From: an uncultured Candidatus Saccharibacteria bacterium
GTDB lineage: Bacteria; Patescibacteriota; UBA1384; CAJBMM01
NCBI GenBank assembly: GCA_964561525.1
Contig: CAZLPY010000003.1
Coordinates: 1 to 50,327, forward strand
DNA: 50,327 nucleotides
Direction: 5' to 3'
The position numbers and the translations under genes are program-made. Under the pieces are notes generated by a model that did no database searches, had not been told where the DNA came from, and worked only from the letters and a program-made list of their open reading frames with translations. This document shows, piece after piece, positions 7,487-16,943 of this stretch (its first letter is position 1; every line of letters begins with the position of its first letter).

Positions 7487-7999
7487 TTAAGGGATACAAT
7501 CCTCGCCCAAGACTTTCTTTAATGCTTCTATGCCACGTCGTTGGTACACATGCACATGCTTTTCTTTAATATTTAGCTTGTCAGAAATTTCCTTTCGGCT
7601 TAATCCCTCGAAGTAGCGCATTTGCATCACTTGCCGCAACGTTGGGTTTAAGTCCTCTATCGCTTCCTTCGCCTTGTTTCGAAAAAGGTCTAATCGTTTT
7701 TCATATTCCTCATCCACAAAATCATCTAGGGTTTCCTGTGCGCGATTATTTTCAAATAACTCAAAGGTCTGATGACGCATGGCTTGGCGTACCCACTCTT
7801 TATAAACATTTTTAGTGATACCGAATAGAATTTTTGTCACGTCACTTTCATTGATTTTAGTGCAGTCATATTTTTGGAAAAAGCGCCCGAATACCTCTTG
7901 GGTAATATCTTCAATCTCCTCAGGTGGCCGAACAGATTTGTAATAAAAAAAGCGATAAATTCGCTTAAAATTTTGCTCGTATGCTTGTTGCTCTCCCAT
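7487..7999 (-). CDS. RNA polymerase sigma factor, ECF (sigma-70 group 4) family
   Basis: 170 aa. Region 2 (DITQEVFGRFF) and a region 4 helix-turn-helix (LSRKEISDKLNIKEKHVHVYQRRGIEAL). Confidence 0.85.
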   Translation of the reverse strand: MGEQQAYEQNFKRIYRFFYYKSVRPPEEIEDITQEVFGRFFQKYDCTKINESDVTKILFGITKNVYKEWVRQAMRHQTFELFENNRAQETLDDFVDEEYEKRLDLFRNKAKEAIEDLNPTLRQVMQMRYFEGLSRKEISDKLNIKEKHVHVYQRRGIEALKKVLGEDCIP

Positions 8000-8042
8000 A
8001 GTTTTATGTTAAAGATAAATTATTGATATCGCAATAAATAAT

Positions 8043-8067
8043 GCCCTCCCGTGGAATGCAGGAGGGC
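8043..8067 (-). terminator. terminator hairpin after the HAF-repeat gene
   Basis: Stem GCCCTCC/GGAGGGC with an 11-nt loop, followed on the minus strand by a T-rich ATTATTTATT. Confidence 0.45.
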
Positions 8068-8087
8068 ACGTATCAAGGCAGTGCGTT

Positions 8088-9068
8088 TCACGGAAGCCAC
8101 AGGCAGGCGAAATTGTGGCCGAGATTATCAGTGCAATACCCAACGATGGTGTCAGCACCATTAATGTCGAGTGCTTCGCCCTCGACTGTGCCAGGCAGTA
8201 ATGGCAGGGCGTGCATGCGGTCGGCGTACCAAGCAAATGGTACTTTGCGGTTTTGTGCATCATACGACCAACCAACGATTACTCGGCTGTTGTTGATGCG
8301 ATTTGCTGAGCTAGCGTAGCCGCCGAGCGTACCGAGGTCACGCAAGAGCGTGGTCGTTGGGGAAGCTACGACCGCTCGCATCGATCCATCGTTGTTGAGC
8401 GATGTTCCAACAGCGTAGGCGTAGTTGTTAACGCTCGTAAACCAGCCGATTTGCTGACCATTGCCGAGGTTTGGCAACACTTGGGCGTTACCTGCAGCGT
8501 CCCACCGACAGGGGTTGCTGTAATAGCCGTAGTCGCCGCTTCGCGCAGCTCCTACCACTACTCTGCGATTGTTGATGGCGTTGGCGCCTGCAAAAGGATA
8601 GCCGGGAACGGTCAAATAATGCTTTGAGCCGTTCTTAATCATAAACGCGTACAGCCCCTGCTCCGACCCAACAATCGTCCCGAACTCGTTGATGCCGCAC
8701 GCTTGCGAGCTGCGAGGACCGACTAAAGCGAGCGATCCGTCAACGTTCCAAACGGTGGCTAAGCTCCATCCTTGGTTATCGGAAGAGACTCCCACCATAG
8801 CACCCGATTCATTGATTGCCCGAACGTAATCCCCTTTGCCATATGGCGAAGCGATGAGATATGCGTTCGGTGTGACGATCTTGGTGACGTAGCCACCATT
8901 TTCGTAGCCGCTGGCCACGATGGTGCCACGGATGTTGATGGCCGTAGCCCGATCGAAATGGTATGGAGTAGCGAAGTTTTGGCTCAGATCGACGACCGTG
9001 TAGTTTTGAGCAATGGCGCTTGCCGAAACGAGCACCATTGCAACGACCAACATAACGATGCGATTCAC
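8088..9068 (-). CDS. secreted repeat protein, HAF-type extracellular repeats
   Basis: About seven repeats of IN..G.IVG (INIRGTIVASG, INEFGTIVGSE, INNRRVVVGAA, INNSRVIVGWS...). Signal peptide MLVVAMVLVSASAIA. GTG start 9068 with AAGGAGG 7 nt upstream. Visibly more G+C-rich than its neighbours. Confidence 0.7.
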   Translation of the reverse strand: MNRIVMLVVAMVLVSASAIAQNYTVVDLSQNFATPYHFDRATAINIRGTIVASGYENGGYVTKIVTPNAYLIASPYGKGDYVRAINESGAMVGVSSDNQGWSLATVWNVDGSLALVGPRSSQACGINEFGTIVGSEQGLYAFMIKNGSKHYLTVPGYPFAGANAINNRRVVVGAARSGDYGYYSNPCRWDAAGNAQVLPNLGNGQQIGWFTSVNNYAYAVGTSLNNDGSMRAVVASPTTTLLRDLGTLGGYASSANRINNSRVIVGWSYDAQNRKVPFAWYADRMHALPLLPGTVEGEALDINGADTIVGYCTDNLGHNFACLWLP

Positions 9069-9248
9069 GTGAGTTCCCTCCTTTAAGGGTGTGGTAGCGG
9101 TTGATGAAAAGGTGGGCCTGCTACCGAAAAGGCCACTCGGTTGTTCATGTTCCAATAGGTATATGAGATCAGGGATACAGTAATTGGTTAAATGTTCGCC
9201 AGAGTATGTAAAAAGTGAACGAATCTATGCGTTGTCGTCGGTCTTGTT

Positions 9249-9274
9249 AAACGCCTCATAGGTATGAGGCGTTT
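9249..9274 (-). terminator. terminator hairpin after rluD
   Basis: 11-bp stem AAACGCCTCAT/ATGAGGCGTTT with a 4-nt loop. The T-run is weak. Confidence 0.45.
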
Positions 9275-9281
9275 AGTCAAA

Positions 9282-10235
9282 TTATTTGAATTGATTGAGA
9301 ACTTTGCTTAAATCTGGTGGCAACGGAGCAGTGAAGGTATGGGGCTGGCGCGTGCTAGGTAGGCGGATGGTTAGTTGATGTGCATGCAGGAATTGGCGCT
9401 TTAGGCCGAGCCGCAGCGATAACTGTTGTGATTCGTGCGATCCGTAGGTTGCATCGCCCAGTACGGGGTGTCCGATGTGGCTGGCATGCACTCGAATTTG
9501 ATGAGTCCGGCCGGTAATTGGGCTAGCCTCGACTAGTGTGACTCTATCCCCTTTCGCATCGGTTATGAGCTTATTTATCTGAAAAATTGTCTCAGATTCC
9601 CTTCCCTGCTCAGGTGCCGACACCGCCATTTTGCGGCGGTCACCGGTATGCCGGTTTAGCCAAGTATGAATGGTCAGTGGCGATTGCTCTAAGTGGCCGT
9701 ATAACAAAGCAAGGTAGGTTTTTTTGGCCTGATGCGCTTGGATTTGCTTGGCCAAAAAGCTCATTGCTTCCTTGGTTTTCGCCACAATCATCACACCTGA
9801 CGTATCTTTATCTAATCGATGCACAATTCCTGGGCGCATCTGGCTGATCGGATTCTCTGCGTCATACACTGCGTGTTTGTTCTTCGCATTATAGGCAATG
9901 AGACGACCCGCTACTGAGTCTTTTGTATTGGCATGAGCTGGATGAGTGATGAGCTGAGCCGGCTTATTGATCACCATCACTTGGTCATCTTCATATACTA
10001 TTTCAAGTGGTAGCGCCGATGCTGTGATGGCGCTGTGACGAGCTGACATGGCTATCGTAATACTATCCCCGCTTTTCACTCTATGATGAGGCGTAACATG
10101 TGCTTGATTGATTTGGACTGCGCCCGAGGTAATGTGCTCTTGCCAGTATGCACGAGAGCGCTCAGGAAACCGGGTGGCCAAAATGGCGTCAATGCGTTGG
10201 TCAGCCTCGTTATTTTCGGCGATGAAAGCGGTCAT
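9282..10235 (-). CDS. rluD: RluA-family 23S rRNA pseudouridine synthase (RluD-like)
   Basis: N-terminal S4-like domain plus the catalytic HRLDKDTSG motif. 317 aa. Confidence 0.85.
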   Translation of the reverse strand: MTAFIAENNEADQRIDAILATRFPERSRAYWQEHITSGAVQINQAHVTPHHRVKSGDSITIAMSARHSAITASALPLEIVYEDDQVMVINKPAQLITHPAHANTKDSVAGRLIAYNAKNKHAVYDAENPISQMRPGIVHRLDKDTSGVMIVAKTKEAMSFLAKQIQAHQAKKTYLALLYGHLEQSPLTIHTWLNRHTGDRRKMAVSAPEQGRESETIFQINKLITDAKGDRVTLVEASPITGRTHQIRVHASHIGHPVLGDATYGSHESQQLSLRLGLKRQFLHAHQLTIRLPSTRQPHTFTAPLPPDLSKVLNQFK

Positions 10236-10815
10236 AGGTTTGCCTTCCTAACTCAAACGTTAACAAGCCAAAAAAAAGTGTGAACATCACCACAACCATC
10301 AAAATGTGTAGCTCGGGAAAGTTGCGCCACACCAACACCAAATAGTTTGTCAGTGAAATTGAGACCATTGAAAATACCAGAGAACCGAGGGTAGTCCATA
10401 GTAAAAATGCCCCAAACGGTACCTTGGCAAAACCTGCCACTAATGAGGCCCAGGGGCGCACGTAGCCAAACACTCGCGATCCAAAAACGGTGATATTGCC
10501 GTACTTGTAGTACCAGTTAATTAGTTTTTGTTTGGCCCGCAACCATTTCGGACTGCGTTCAAAAAATGCGGTTGTTTTGTGATTCCCCCATCTCCCAATT
10601 CCGTATGCGATGCTTGCCCCAACAACGTGGCCAGCAGTGATTACGAGTACTGCCGGAACGTAATGAATTGATCCATGTACAATCAGGCTTTGGGCGATTA
10701 AAAACCCAACCTCAGTAGGAAAAGGAATCCCTAAGTTTTCAACCAACATGATAAAAAACACGCCGAGCATGCCGTAAATCGCGAATGTGTGTTGTAGTGA
10801 ATCAATAAAACTCAT
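10210..10815 (-). CDS. DedA-family membrane protein
   Basis: 201 aa, multi-TM, with the N-terminal LVENLGIPFPTE motif typical of the DedA/SNARE-associated family. Overlaps rluD by 26 nt. Confidence 0.8.
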   Translation of the reverse strand: MSFIDSLQHTFAIYGMLGVFFIMLVENLGIPFPTEVGFLIAQSLIVHGSIHYVPAVLVITAGHVVGASIAYGIGRWGNHKTTAFFERSPKWLRAKQKLINWYYKYGNITVFGSRVFGYVRPWASLVAGFAKVPFGAFLLWTTLGSLVFSMVSISLTNYLVLVWRNFPELHILMVVVMFTLFFGLLTFELGRQTYDRFHRRK

Positions 10816-10827
10816 TGGTCAGTCAAA

Positions 10828-10899
10828 TGATGAATTTCAAATTTTGAATCATGAATATAGCAGATTCATTCATGCATTGATCATTTTAAATCGATCATT
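10828..10899. repeat. word-built imperfect inverted repeats (CATGAAT / TGAATC words)
   Basis: TGATGAATTTCAAATTTTGAATCATGAATatagcagATTCATTCATGcATTGATCAT. Arms are partly self-complementary. Lies between the LmbE-like gene and the DedA gene. Confidence 0.4.
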
Positions 10900-10904
10900 C
10901 CTTC

Positions 10905-11720
10905 TTAAGGGGTTTCTTTGGAAAACATTTCATTTTGACGTATAAACGACAGCATTAAGCTGTGCAAAATTGGCGTCCGAAGCTGGCTTTTGTACTGTAA
11001 CACAGCCTCATTCTTCTTATCTAGGTCGCTGCCGTTCAAGTTAAAGCGCAGCCACTGGCGGTTTGCTGCAATCAGTGAGGTCGGTGGAAGCAGGTACTGA
11101 TGAGGGCGGAAATCTTGGGGGCGCGGGTATTTGGGATAATGGATCAGAAATGTATATTCCTGGGGCGGATTGTTTATGGTTTTGGATACCTTTGTTACCT
11201 CCAGGCCAAGAGCAGCGTGATCCGGATGGATATCGAGCGGGTCGGTTACAAAAACAGTAGTTGGATGCAGCTGGTTTAGAGTCGCTAGGATCGATTGATC
11301 CAACTCTGAACTATGTGACGTTAGATGATCGTCTGGATAGTTATAAAATATCAGATGATCCCGCGGTACTCCCAAAATACCAGTAGCAGCGTATGCTTCT
11401 TGCTGTCGTCGTGCTTTTAGATTTAAATGATTGCCGTCGGTCGCGTAGACAATATAAACTTGTGCACCACGCGCTTGTGCTTCTGTGACGTATCCCCCTG
11501 CGCCGAGCGTTTCATCATCCTGATGCGGGGAAAAGACAATAATTACATCTGTGGCCTGCGGGGAAGGCATCGGTTGGAAAAGAAAAATAGTCGATTGTGG
11601 TAGTGCGCCGAAAAAACGAAAATAGCCGAGGTAGCCGCCTACAGAGATTATAAGTAGTGCCACAACCACTGCCGCTTTACGGCGATGTTCAATTACGGCT
11701 TTGCTAATATGCTGTCTCAT
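10905..11720 (-). CDS. PIG-L/LmbE-family N-acetylglucosaminyl deacetylase
   Basis: N-terminal TM, then VIIVFSPHQDDETLGAGG (PHxDD zinc motif). 4-nt overlap (ATGA) with the upstream GT4 gene. Confidence 0.8.
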   Translation of the reverse strand: MRQHISKAVIEHRRKAAVVVALLIISVGGYLGYFRFFGALPQSTIFLFQPMPSPQATDVIIVFSPHQDDETLGAGGYVTEAQARGAQVYIVYATDGNHLNLKARRQQEAYAATGILGVPRDHLIFYNYPDDHLTSHSSELDQSILATLNQLHPTTVFVTDPLDIHPDHAALGLEVTKVSKTINNPPQEYTFLIHYPKYPRPQDFRPHQYLLPPTSLIAANRQWLRFNLNGSDLDKKNEAVLQYKSQLRTPILHSLMLSFIRQNEMFSKETP

Positions 11721-12901
11721 GATTTTGCAATTACCTCACGGTAAATCGTTTCAAATTTGTGGATGGTGCGGGAGAGCTCATGTTCCTCAACCATCTCAAG
11801 GCTCCTCTCACCCATGTGCTCGGCAACATCAGGGTGTTGCAGTATCTGTAACGTGCTCTTTGCCATTGCTCCCACGTTCCCCGGTTCAAACAGATAGCCA
11901 TTCACGCCATCTTTAACGAGCTCAGGAAGTGCTCCGGCATGTGGAACTACCAGCGGTAAGCCTGAGGCCATCGCTTCCAGGGCCACAATCCCTTGAGTCT
12001 CAATCGTAGATGCAGTCACAAACAAATCAGCCATCTGGTAAATTTGCGGTAGTTCAGTTTGGTGATTGATAAAGCCGATGAATGTGACGGCACTGCTTAG
12101 GCCAAGTTGTCTAACTTGCTGTTGCAAGGCTTCCTTCATGTTCCCTTCTCCGCAAATGATCAAGTGGCACGGCACAACCTGCTGCGCTTGATAGAACGAT
12201 TCAAGCACTAAATGCGAGCCCTTATCTTGATCAAGACGTCCAACATGTAACACCAGCGGTAAATCGGGAATGTGATAGGCTGCTTTCATCTCGTCATAAT
12301 TGAAGCTTGGGAAGAACTGCTCCAAGCTCACACCATTTGAGATGGCCTCCGAGGGTACCGTAAGCTTATGCGCGCCAAAGGTCCGTCGAATAGTTTCCGA
12401 CGGAAATGTAACGTAATCACAACGGTCATACATGCTAATCAAATACTGCTCGAGCCATTTTGTAATCATGGGGTGAGCAAACGCCAGCCAAGGGAGGTAT
12501 GACAACACATAATCAAATGCAAAATGATTCGTCATCACGATAGGGGTTCGCATTTTCCCAGCACAACGCAAGATGGCCTTCGATGTGCCGAGGGGATCTT
12601 GAAGATGGATAATGTCGGGCTTGATCTGTTGTAGCAAAAATTGGATAGGGCCGTAGCTAAATACACTGTTTCGATGTCCTTTGCGAAATGGGTTTTTGCG
12701 TGAGCGGATGCGATGCACATGTACCCCATGATCCATCTCCTCAAAACTGGCAAAGCGAGTTGAGGGACAAATAATATGCACGCTGTGGCCACGGCTAACC
12801 ATGGCTCGGGCCAGTAATCGACTAAACACTGAAACCCCGGAGATCGTGGGGTAGTAGCTTTCAGTGCCAATCACGATGGTCAGTTTATGCGAATGTTTCA
12901 T
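11717..12901 (-). CDS. glycosyltransferase family 4 (GT-B fold)
   Basis: 394 aa. N-terminal ISGVSVF glycine-rich region and C-terminal E..G....EAMASGLP motif. Confidence 0.85.
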   Translation of the reverse strand: MKHSHKLTIVIGTESYYPTISGVSVFSRLLARAMVSRGHSVHIICPSTRFASFEEMDHGVHVHRIRSRKNPFRKGHRNSVFSYGPIQFLLQQIKPDIIHLQDPLGTSKAILRCAGKMRTPIVMTNHFAFDYVLSYLPWLAFAHPMITKWLEQYLISMYDRCDYVTFPSETIRRTFGAHKLTVPSEAISNGVSLEQFFPSFNYDEMKAAYHIPDLPLVLHVGRLDQDKGSHLVLESFYQAQQVVPCHLIICGEGNMKEALQQQVRQLGLSSAVTFIGFINHQTELPQIYQMADLFVTASTIETQGIVALEAMASGLPLVVPHAGALPELVKDGVNGYLFEPGNVGAMAKSTLQILQHPDVAEHMGERSLEMVEEHELSRTIHKFETIYREVIAKS

Positions 12902-13800
12902 TTAATGCCCTGCACTTTTTCGGCAAATTGTTGCAGTGTATCTGCGCCGCTAATTCTAACCCGGGGCAGTTCGTAAAGTGGAGATTTTTCAGTGGCGATG
13001 CCGGGGTGGGTTGTCACAGCACAGGTAAAGTCATTTTGTTTTACTATTGAGATGGTATTTTCAGAATATCGCCCGGCGGGATAAGCAAACACCGGCGAGC
13101 TTTGCTTGCTTTGCGCAATCTCCTGCTGTTGCTTATCTACGCTGGCAGTTGCGAGGTCGATGTGATGAACGGTGTGCGCTCCGAGTTCCATTCCGGCATT
13201 TGCCAAATCATGAAGTTGCGAATAAGAAAGATAGTGCGGTTTACCCAAAAATCCGGCAACAATAAAAAACGTTCCGCTAAGATGGTTTTTTTGCAAGCTA
13301 GGCAGCGCGGCCGTATCTGCATCGTCGTACCCGTCATCAAAGGTCAAAATCACCGGCTTACCACTCTCGGGGACCTTGCCGTGGCAAAAGTCATTGAGCG
13401 GATAGGTGACGTATCCGTTTGATGCGAGCCAATGCAATTGTTGATCAAAATTGGCGGGAGTGACAGACAAATTAAACCCAAGCGTATCTTTTGGGTCGGT
13501 CACGACGCGAATGTAGTGATACATCAAAATTGGTACATGGCGCTCTGCAGCTGTAGATTCAGGGAGTGGGGAGATTTGATCAGTTGGCTGTGCATCGTCC
13601 GAGATGGTGTGATGGATGGCCTGCTGCTTGCTTTGCTGGTTTTGCCGCGCTTTCATATGTCCCATTGAAAGGCCAAGACCTACGCCAGCTGCGATTGCGC
13701 AGATGAACGCAGTAATAAAAAAAGAGCGCCGATTAAGCAGAGGCCACGCGATGTTGTTTCTCATAGCATTATTGTAACACGGATTGACTACCTTTGTCAC
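12898..13800 (-). CDS. polysaccharide deacetylase (CE4 / NodB domain), membrane anchored
   Basis: TM anchor, then ILTFDDGYDD and HTVHH NodB motifs. The start may be the internal Met (MRNNIAW). Confidence 0.85.
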   Translation of the reverse strand: MTKVVNPCYNNAMRNNIAWPLLNRRSFFITAFICAIAAGVGLGLSMGHMKARQNQQSKQQAIHHTISDDAQPTDQISPLPESTAAERHVPILMYHYIRVVTDPKDTLGFNLSVTPANFDQQLHWLASNGYVTYPLNDFCHGKVPESGKPVILTFDDGYDDADTAALPSLQKNHLSGTFFIVAGFLGKPHYLSYSQLHDLANAGMELGAHTVHHIDLATASVDKQQQEIAQSKQSSPVFAYPAGRYSENTISIVKQNDFTCAVTTHPGIATEKSPLYELPRVRISGADTLQQFAEKVQGIK

Positions 13801-13823
13801 GAAAAACGGTGTTTATTTAACGA

Positions 13824-16673
13824 CTAATCTTTAGCCATGGAAGCCGGACAAAAAGAACGAAATGGGCACAAGCTACAGGCAAACACGCTGGGTGTTGGGT
13901 CAAAGTCTTCCGCTATAATTGCATCTCGCACGGCTTCCACCTTGCTTGTAATGGTAGCCAGTCGCCGCTCCGAGCGGGTGGTCCAGCCAAAACTACCGCT
14001 CGATGGAAAATAGAGCGCTAGTTCAGGTAAGGTTTGATGCTGTTGCTGCCAGGCAAGAGCGTACAGGCCGAGCTGTAGACTTGAGTCGGCTCGTTTGCTC
14101 GCCTGCTCGCCCGTTCTGACCGTATCTGAAGTTTTAAAGTCAATAATAACCCCCGAAGAATGATCAGGAAATGTGCTAAATACCGCATCGATCCTTCCAT
14201 TTACCAGTACTCCGTCTAGACTTAATTCCACCGGGTATTCAATGTTATCGGGGAGTGGTAGCTTCGAAAAATCGTCATAAAAAGTATGAAGTTGGCTAAG
14301 CGCATCTTGTTTCCGCGCTTCTTCATGCGTTTTTGAAATGAAACCGTGACTATGCCAATTATCTTCGAGCAGCTTGATTAATTGGTCTATCGTCACCTTT
14401 TTTCCAGCGGTTCGTTGGCTAAAATAATACTCAATTGATCGATGGATTGCAGCTCCAACCATCAACGGCTGTTCATCTGGTACCGGCAAATGGTCGATAT
14501 GCGCGTACCGATAGCGCAACGGGCAGGTTTGGTAGTCTTCGATTTTATGAGGAGAGAGCCGAAGAGGAAAATTCGAAGCACGAAATTCGAAATTCGAAAT
14601 GGGGGGAGGTTTAGATTTTGTATCTATTTCGTTTTTCGTATTTAGGATTTCGGATTTATTGTTGAATTCATTTAAGAATAGCGATGCTTTTCGTGGTCTG
14701 CCCTTGCCATAAGTTTCGGCACGCGTCAGAATAAGTTCCCGCTTCGCCCTGGTCATTGCCACGTACATCAATCGCCGCTCTTCACGTTTGTGCTCTCCCT
14801 CGACCACTTCGTATTGTAATAATTCGGTCGGTATTTCATATCCAGTGTGGCGCTCTATTGTCGGAAAACGGTCAACGGAAAGATTAGTGATATAGACAAT
14901 CGGAAACTCTAATCCCTTCGCCATGTGAATGGTAAACAGCTTTACCGCATCAGAGGACAGGTTAAGCTCGGTCTTATCCTCCGCAAAACTATCAAGTAGT
15001 GATGGTAATGTTTCCAAAAAATGGAACACCGATGGCTCATTAGTGCTTCGCTCAAAACTAGCGATCAAACTAAAAAATGCAGTCAACACTTGAGCCAGAT
15101 GGGTGCCTTGGTCGCTACTTTGCTTGTTTAAGTGTTGCAGGGCATCATGGGCGTTGATCCAATCCAGTAGAACCCGTGAAGTTGGTTTATGCGTCAAGCT
15201 ATTTCGAGCAGCGTTAAGATCATTCAGCAATTTTTTGCTTGATTCGTCGGTAAATTGATCAGCCAGCAGTGATTCAAGTGTTGCATGTGTAGCTCTATTC
15301 CGAGCTAGCAGCGGTATCAGCCGGGAGCCTTCAATTCCATACACCGGCGAAGTGGCCAGGAAAAAAAGTGCCAATGCATCAAGCGGATTTACTACACTTT
15401 TAAGAAAGTTAATCAGCAACTGAACGGTCTGTTCATTTTTCAGTTGACTGCCCGCTTCGGTAGTATATACAATGCCTTCCGCTTCCAATTGTGCTCGAAT
15501 TACATTACTCTCCGCATTGGTGCGGGTTAAAATGCAATGATCGCCTGCCAACGCACCTGCTTCAATGCGGGATGTAATATCTGCAACAATCCATTCCGCT
15601 TCTTTGAGATCTGCGGGAAATGTGTATAAAGGTATGGGGTTTAGGGTAGAGGGTTTAGTTGATACGTTTGCGATTTTTGAGGTCAACTTTTTATTAATCT
15701 TCGCCGACACTTCTAATCGATAAGGGTTGTTGTGCTGAATCAGCTCGTATGCGGCATCAAGGATAGTTTGCGGCGAGCGAAAATTTTCGGTGAGAGTGAC
15801 AACGGCTGTATGCGGAAATGTTTGTAAAAAGCGCTCCATTTGTCCCACACTGGCGCCACGAAAGCGGTAGATTGATTGATCATCATCGCCCACTACCGTG
15901 ATGGCTCCATTTTTGGTAGCTAGTAGCGTTAAAATTTCATCCTGGGCAAAATTAGTATCTTGATATTCATCAACCAATATGTGCATGAATTGCTGCTGTA
16001 ATTTGTGCAGCGCGTCCTGATGATTTTTTAACAGATGATGTGATCGAGACAATAGCTCGCCATAATCGAGTAGGTTTTGTGTTTGCAGTAACGCTTGGTA
16101 ATAGTGAAACACCGCGGCCAGCTCAAGGTAGGTTTGTCTATCGTACTGCTCCAATTGGTTTGACTTCACCCATTGATCCAATTGACGTGGTGAAATCAGC
16201 TCATCCTTGCAGCGGCTGATAAATTGTAAGATCGGCCGAACGTGGCTTTTGGGGTTGGAGAGCGGTCGTAAGCTATCGAGCGGTGCATCCATGATGTGAT
16301 CGCCCAGCAAAATTTCAGACTCAATTTGCGTTAAAACCTTGGTTTGGTCATTTACTCCAGAATAGAGGCCAAACTGGGTTAGGATGTGTTGTCCAAAGCC
16401 ATGAAAGGTAGAGGCAAATACCTGGTTTTGCCCTAAGGGGAGCAGTTCATCAAGACGTGTTTCCAACTCCGTTGCGGCTTTTTCAGTAAAGGTTAGTGCC
16501 AAGATTTTACTTGGATCAACGCCTTGCGATACCAAATATGCGATGCGCGATGTAAGAACGGTGGTTTTGCCCGTGCCTGCCCCGGCCACAATCATCAAAG
16601 GCCTATTTGCATGCTGAACCGCTTTACGCTGTTGTGTGGTTAATTGTGCAAGATAGTTCGGTAGCTTCTCCAT
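13824..16673 (-). CDS. UvrD/PcrA-family helicase fused to a C-terminal PD-(D/E)XK nuclease with Cys cluster
   Basis: Walker A AGAGTGKTT, DEYQDT, and UvrD C-terminal motifs (VAMTRAK). The C-terminus has CPLRYRY...GRIDAV...IIDFKTS...CSLCPFRSFC, an AddB/Cas4-like C-x2-C-x5-C. Start taken at ATG 16673. Confidence 0.85.
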   Translation of the reverse strand: MEKLPNYLAQLTTQQRKAVQHANRPLMIVAGAGTGKTTVLTSRIAYLVSQGVDPSKILALTFTEKAATELETRLDELLPLGQNQVFASTFHGFGQHILTQFGLYSGVNDQTKVLTQIESEILLGDHIMDAPLDSLRPLSNPKSHVRPILQFISRCKDELISPRQLDQWVKSNQLEQYDRQTYLELAAVFHYYQALLQTQNLLDYGELLSRSHHLLKNHQDALHKLQQQFMHILVDEYQDTNFAQDEILTLLATKNGAITVVGDDDQSIYRFRGASVGQMERFLQTFPHTAVVTLTENFRSPQTILDAAYELIQHNNPYRLEVSAKINKKLTSKIANVSTKPSTLNPIPLYTFPADLKEAEWIVADITSRIEAGALAGDHCILTRTNAESNVIRAQLEAEGIVYTTEAGSQLKNEQTVQLLINFLKSVVNPLDALALFFLATSPVYGIEGSRLIPLLARNRATHATLESLLADQFTDESSKKLLNDLNAARNSLTHKPTSRVLLDWINAHDALQHLNKQSSDQGTHLAQVLTAFFSLIASFERSTNEPSVFHFLETLPSLLDSFAEDKTELNLSSDAVKLFTIHMAKGLEFPIVYITNLSVDRFPTIERHTGYEIPTELLQYEVVEGEHKREERRLMYVAMTRAKRELILTRAETYGKGRPRKASLFLNEFNNKSEILNTKNEIDTKSKPPPISNFEFRASNFPLRLSPHKIEDYQTCPLRYRYAHIDHLPVPDEQPLMVGAAIHRSIEYYFSQRTAGKKVTIDQLIKLLEDNWHSHGFISKTHEEARKQDALSQLHTFYDDFSKLPLPDNIEYPVELSLDGVLVNGRIDAVFSTFPDHSSGVIIDFKTSDTVRTGEQASKRADSSLQLGLYALAWQQQHQTLPELALYFPSSGSFGWTTRSERRLATITSKVEAVRDAIIAEDFDPTPSVFACSLCPFRSFCPASMAKD
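14566..14657. repeat. CGAAAT-word inverted repeat lying in frame inside the helicase-nuclease gene
   Basis: Left arm GAAAATTCGAAGCACGAAATTCGAAATTCGAAAT and right arm ATTTCGTTTTTCGTATTTAGGATTTCGGATTT. Same word family and the same TTCGTGCTTCG core as the intergenic copy at 23472-23559. Encodes the linker ...EILNTKNEIDTKSKPPPISNFEFRASNFP... Confidence 0.45.
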
Positions 16674-16763
16674 GACTGCAGCATACAAAAAATATTGAGA
16701 TAAATCTATTTAGTAAGGTAAAGATTTAGCCCGAGATGCGAAGGTGCACCCGGGCTATACGGC

Positions 16764-16943
16764 TTAAAGCCGCCATATTACGAAAGTGATCACAGCCGCG
16801 AGCACTAATACGGTGCTGCAACCGTCCCAGAATCGATGTCTTGGCGTGCGTGTATCCTTGACTTCTCGGAAGCAGTTTGGAAGATCCGCTACCGTACTCC
16901 GCTGCTCGCTAGGCTCATTTTGCAAAAGGTAACGGTATGTCAT
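16764..16943 (-). CDS. hypothetical tail-anchored small membrane protein (59 aa)
   Basis: Its ATG overlaps the TGA of the upstream 99-aa gene (ATGA at 16943..16940). C-terminal TM VLVLAAVITFVIW. Confidence 0.4.
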   Translation of the reverse strand: MTYRYLLQNEPSEQRSTVADLPNCFREVKDTRTPRHRFWDGCSTVLVLAAVITFVIWRL

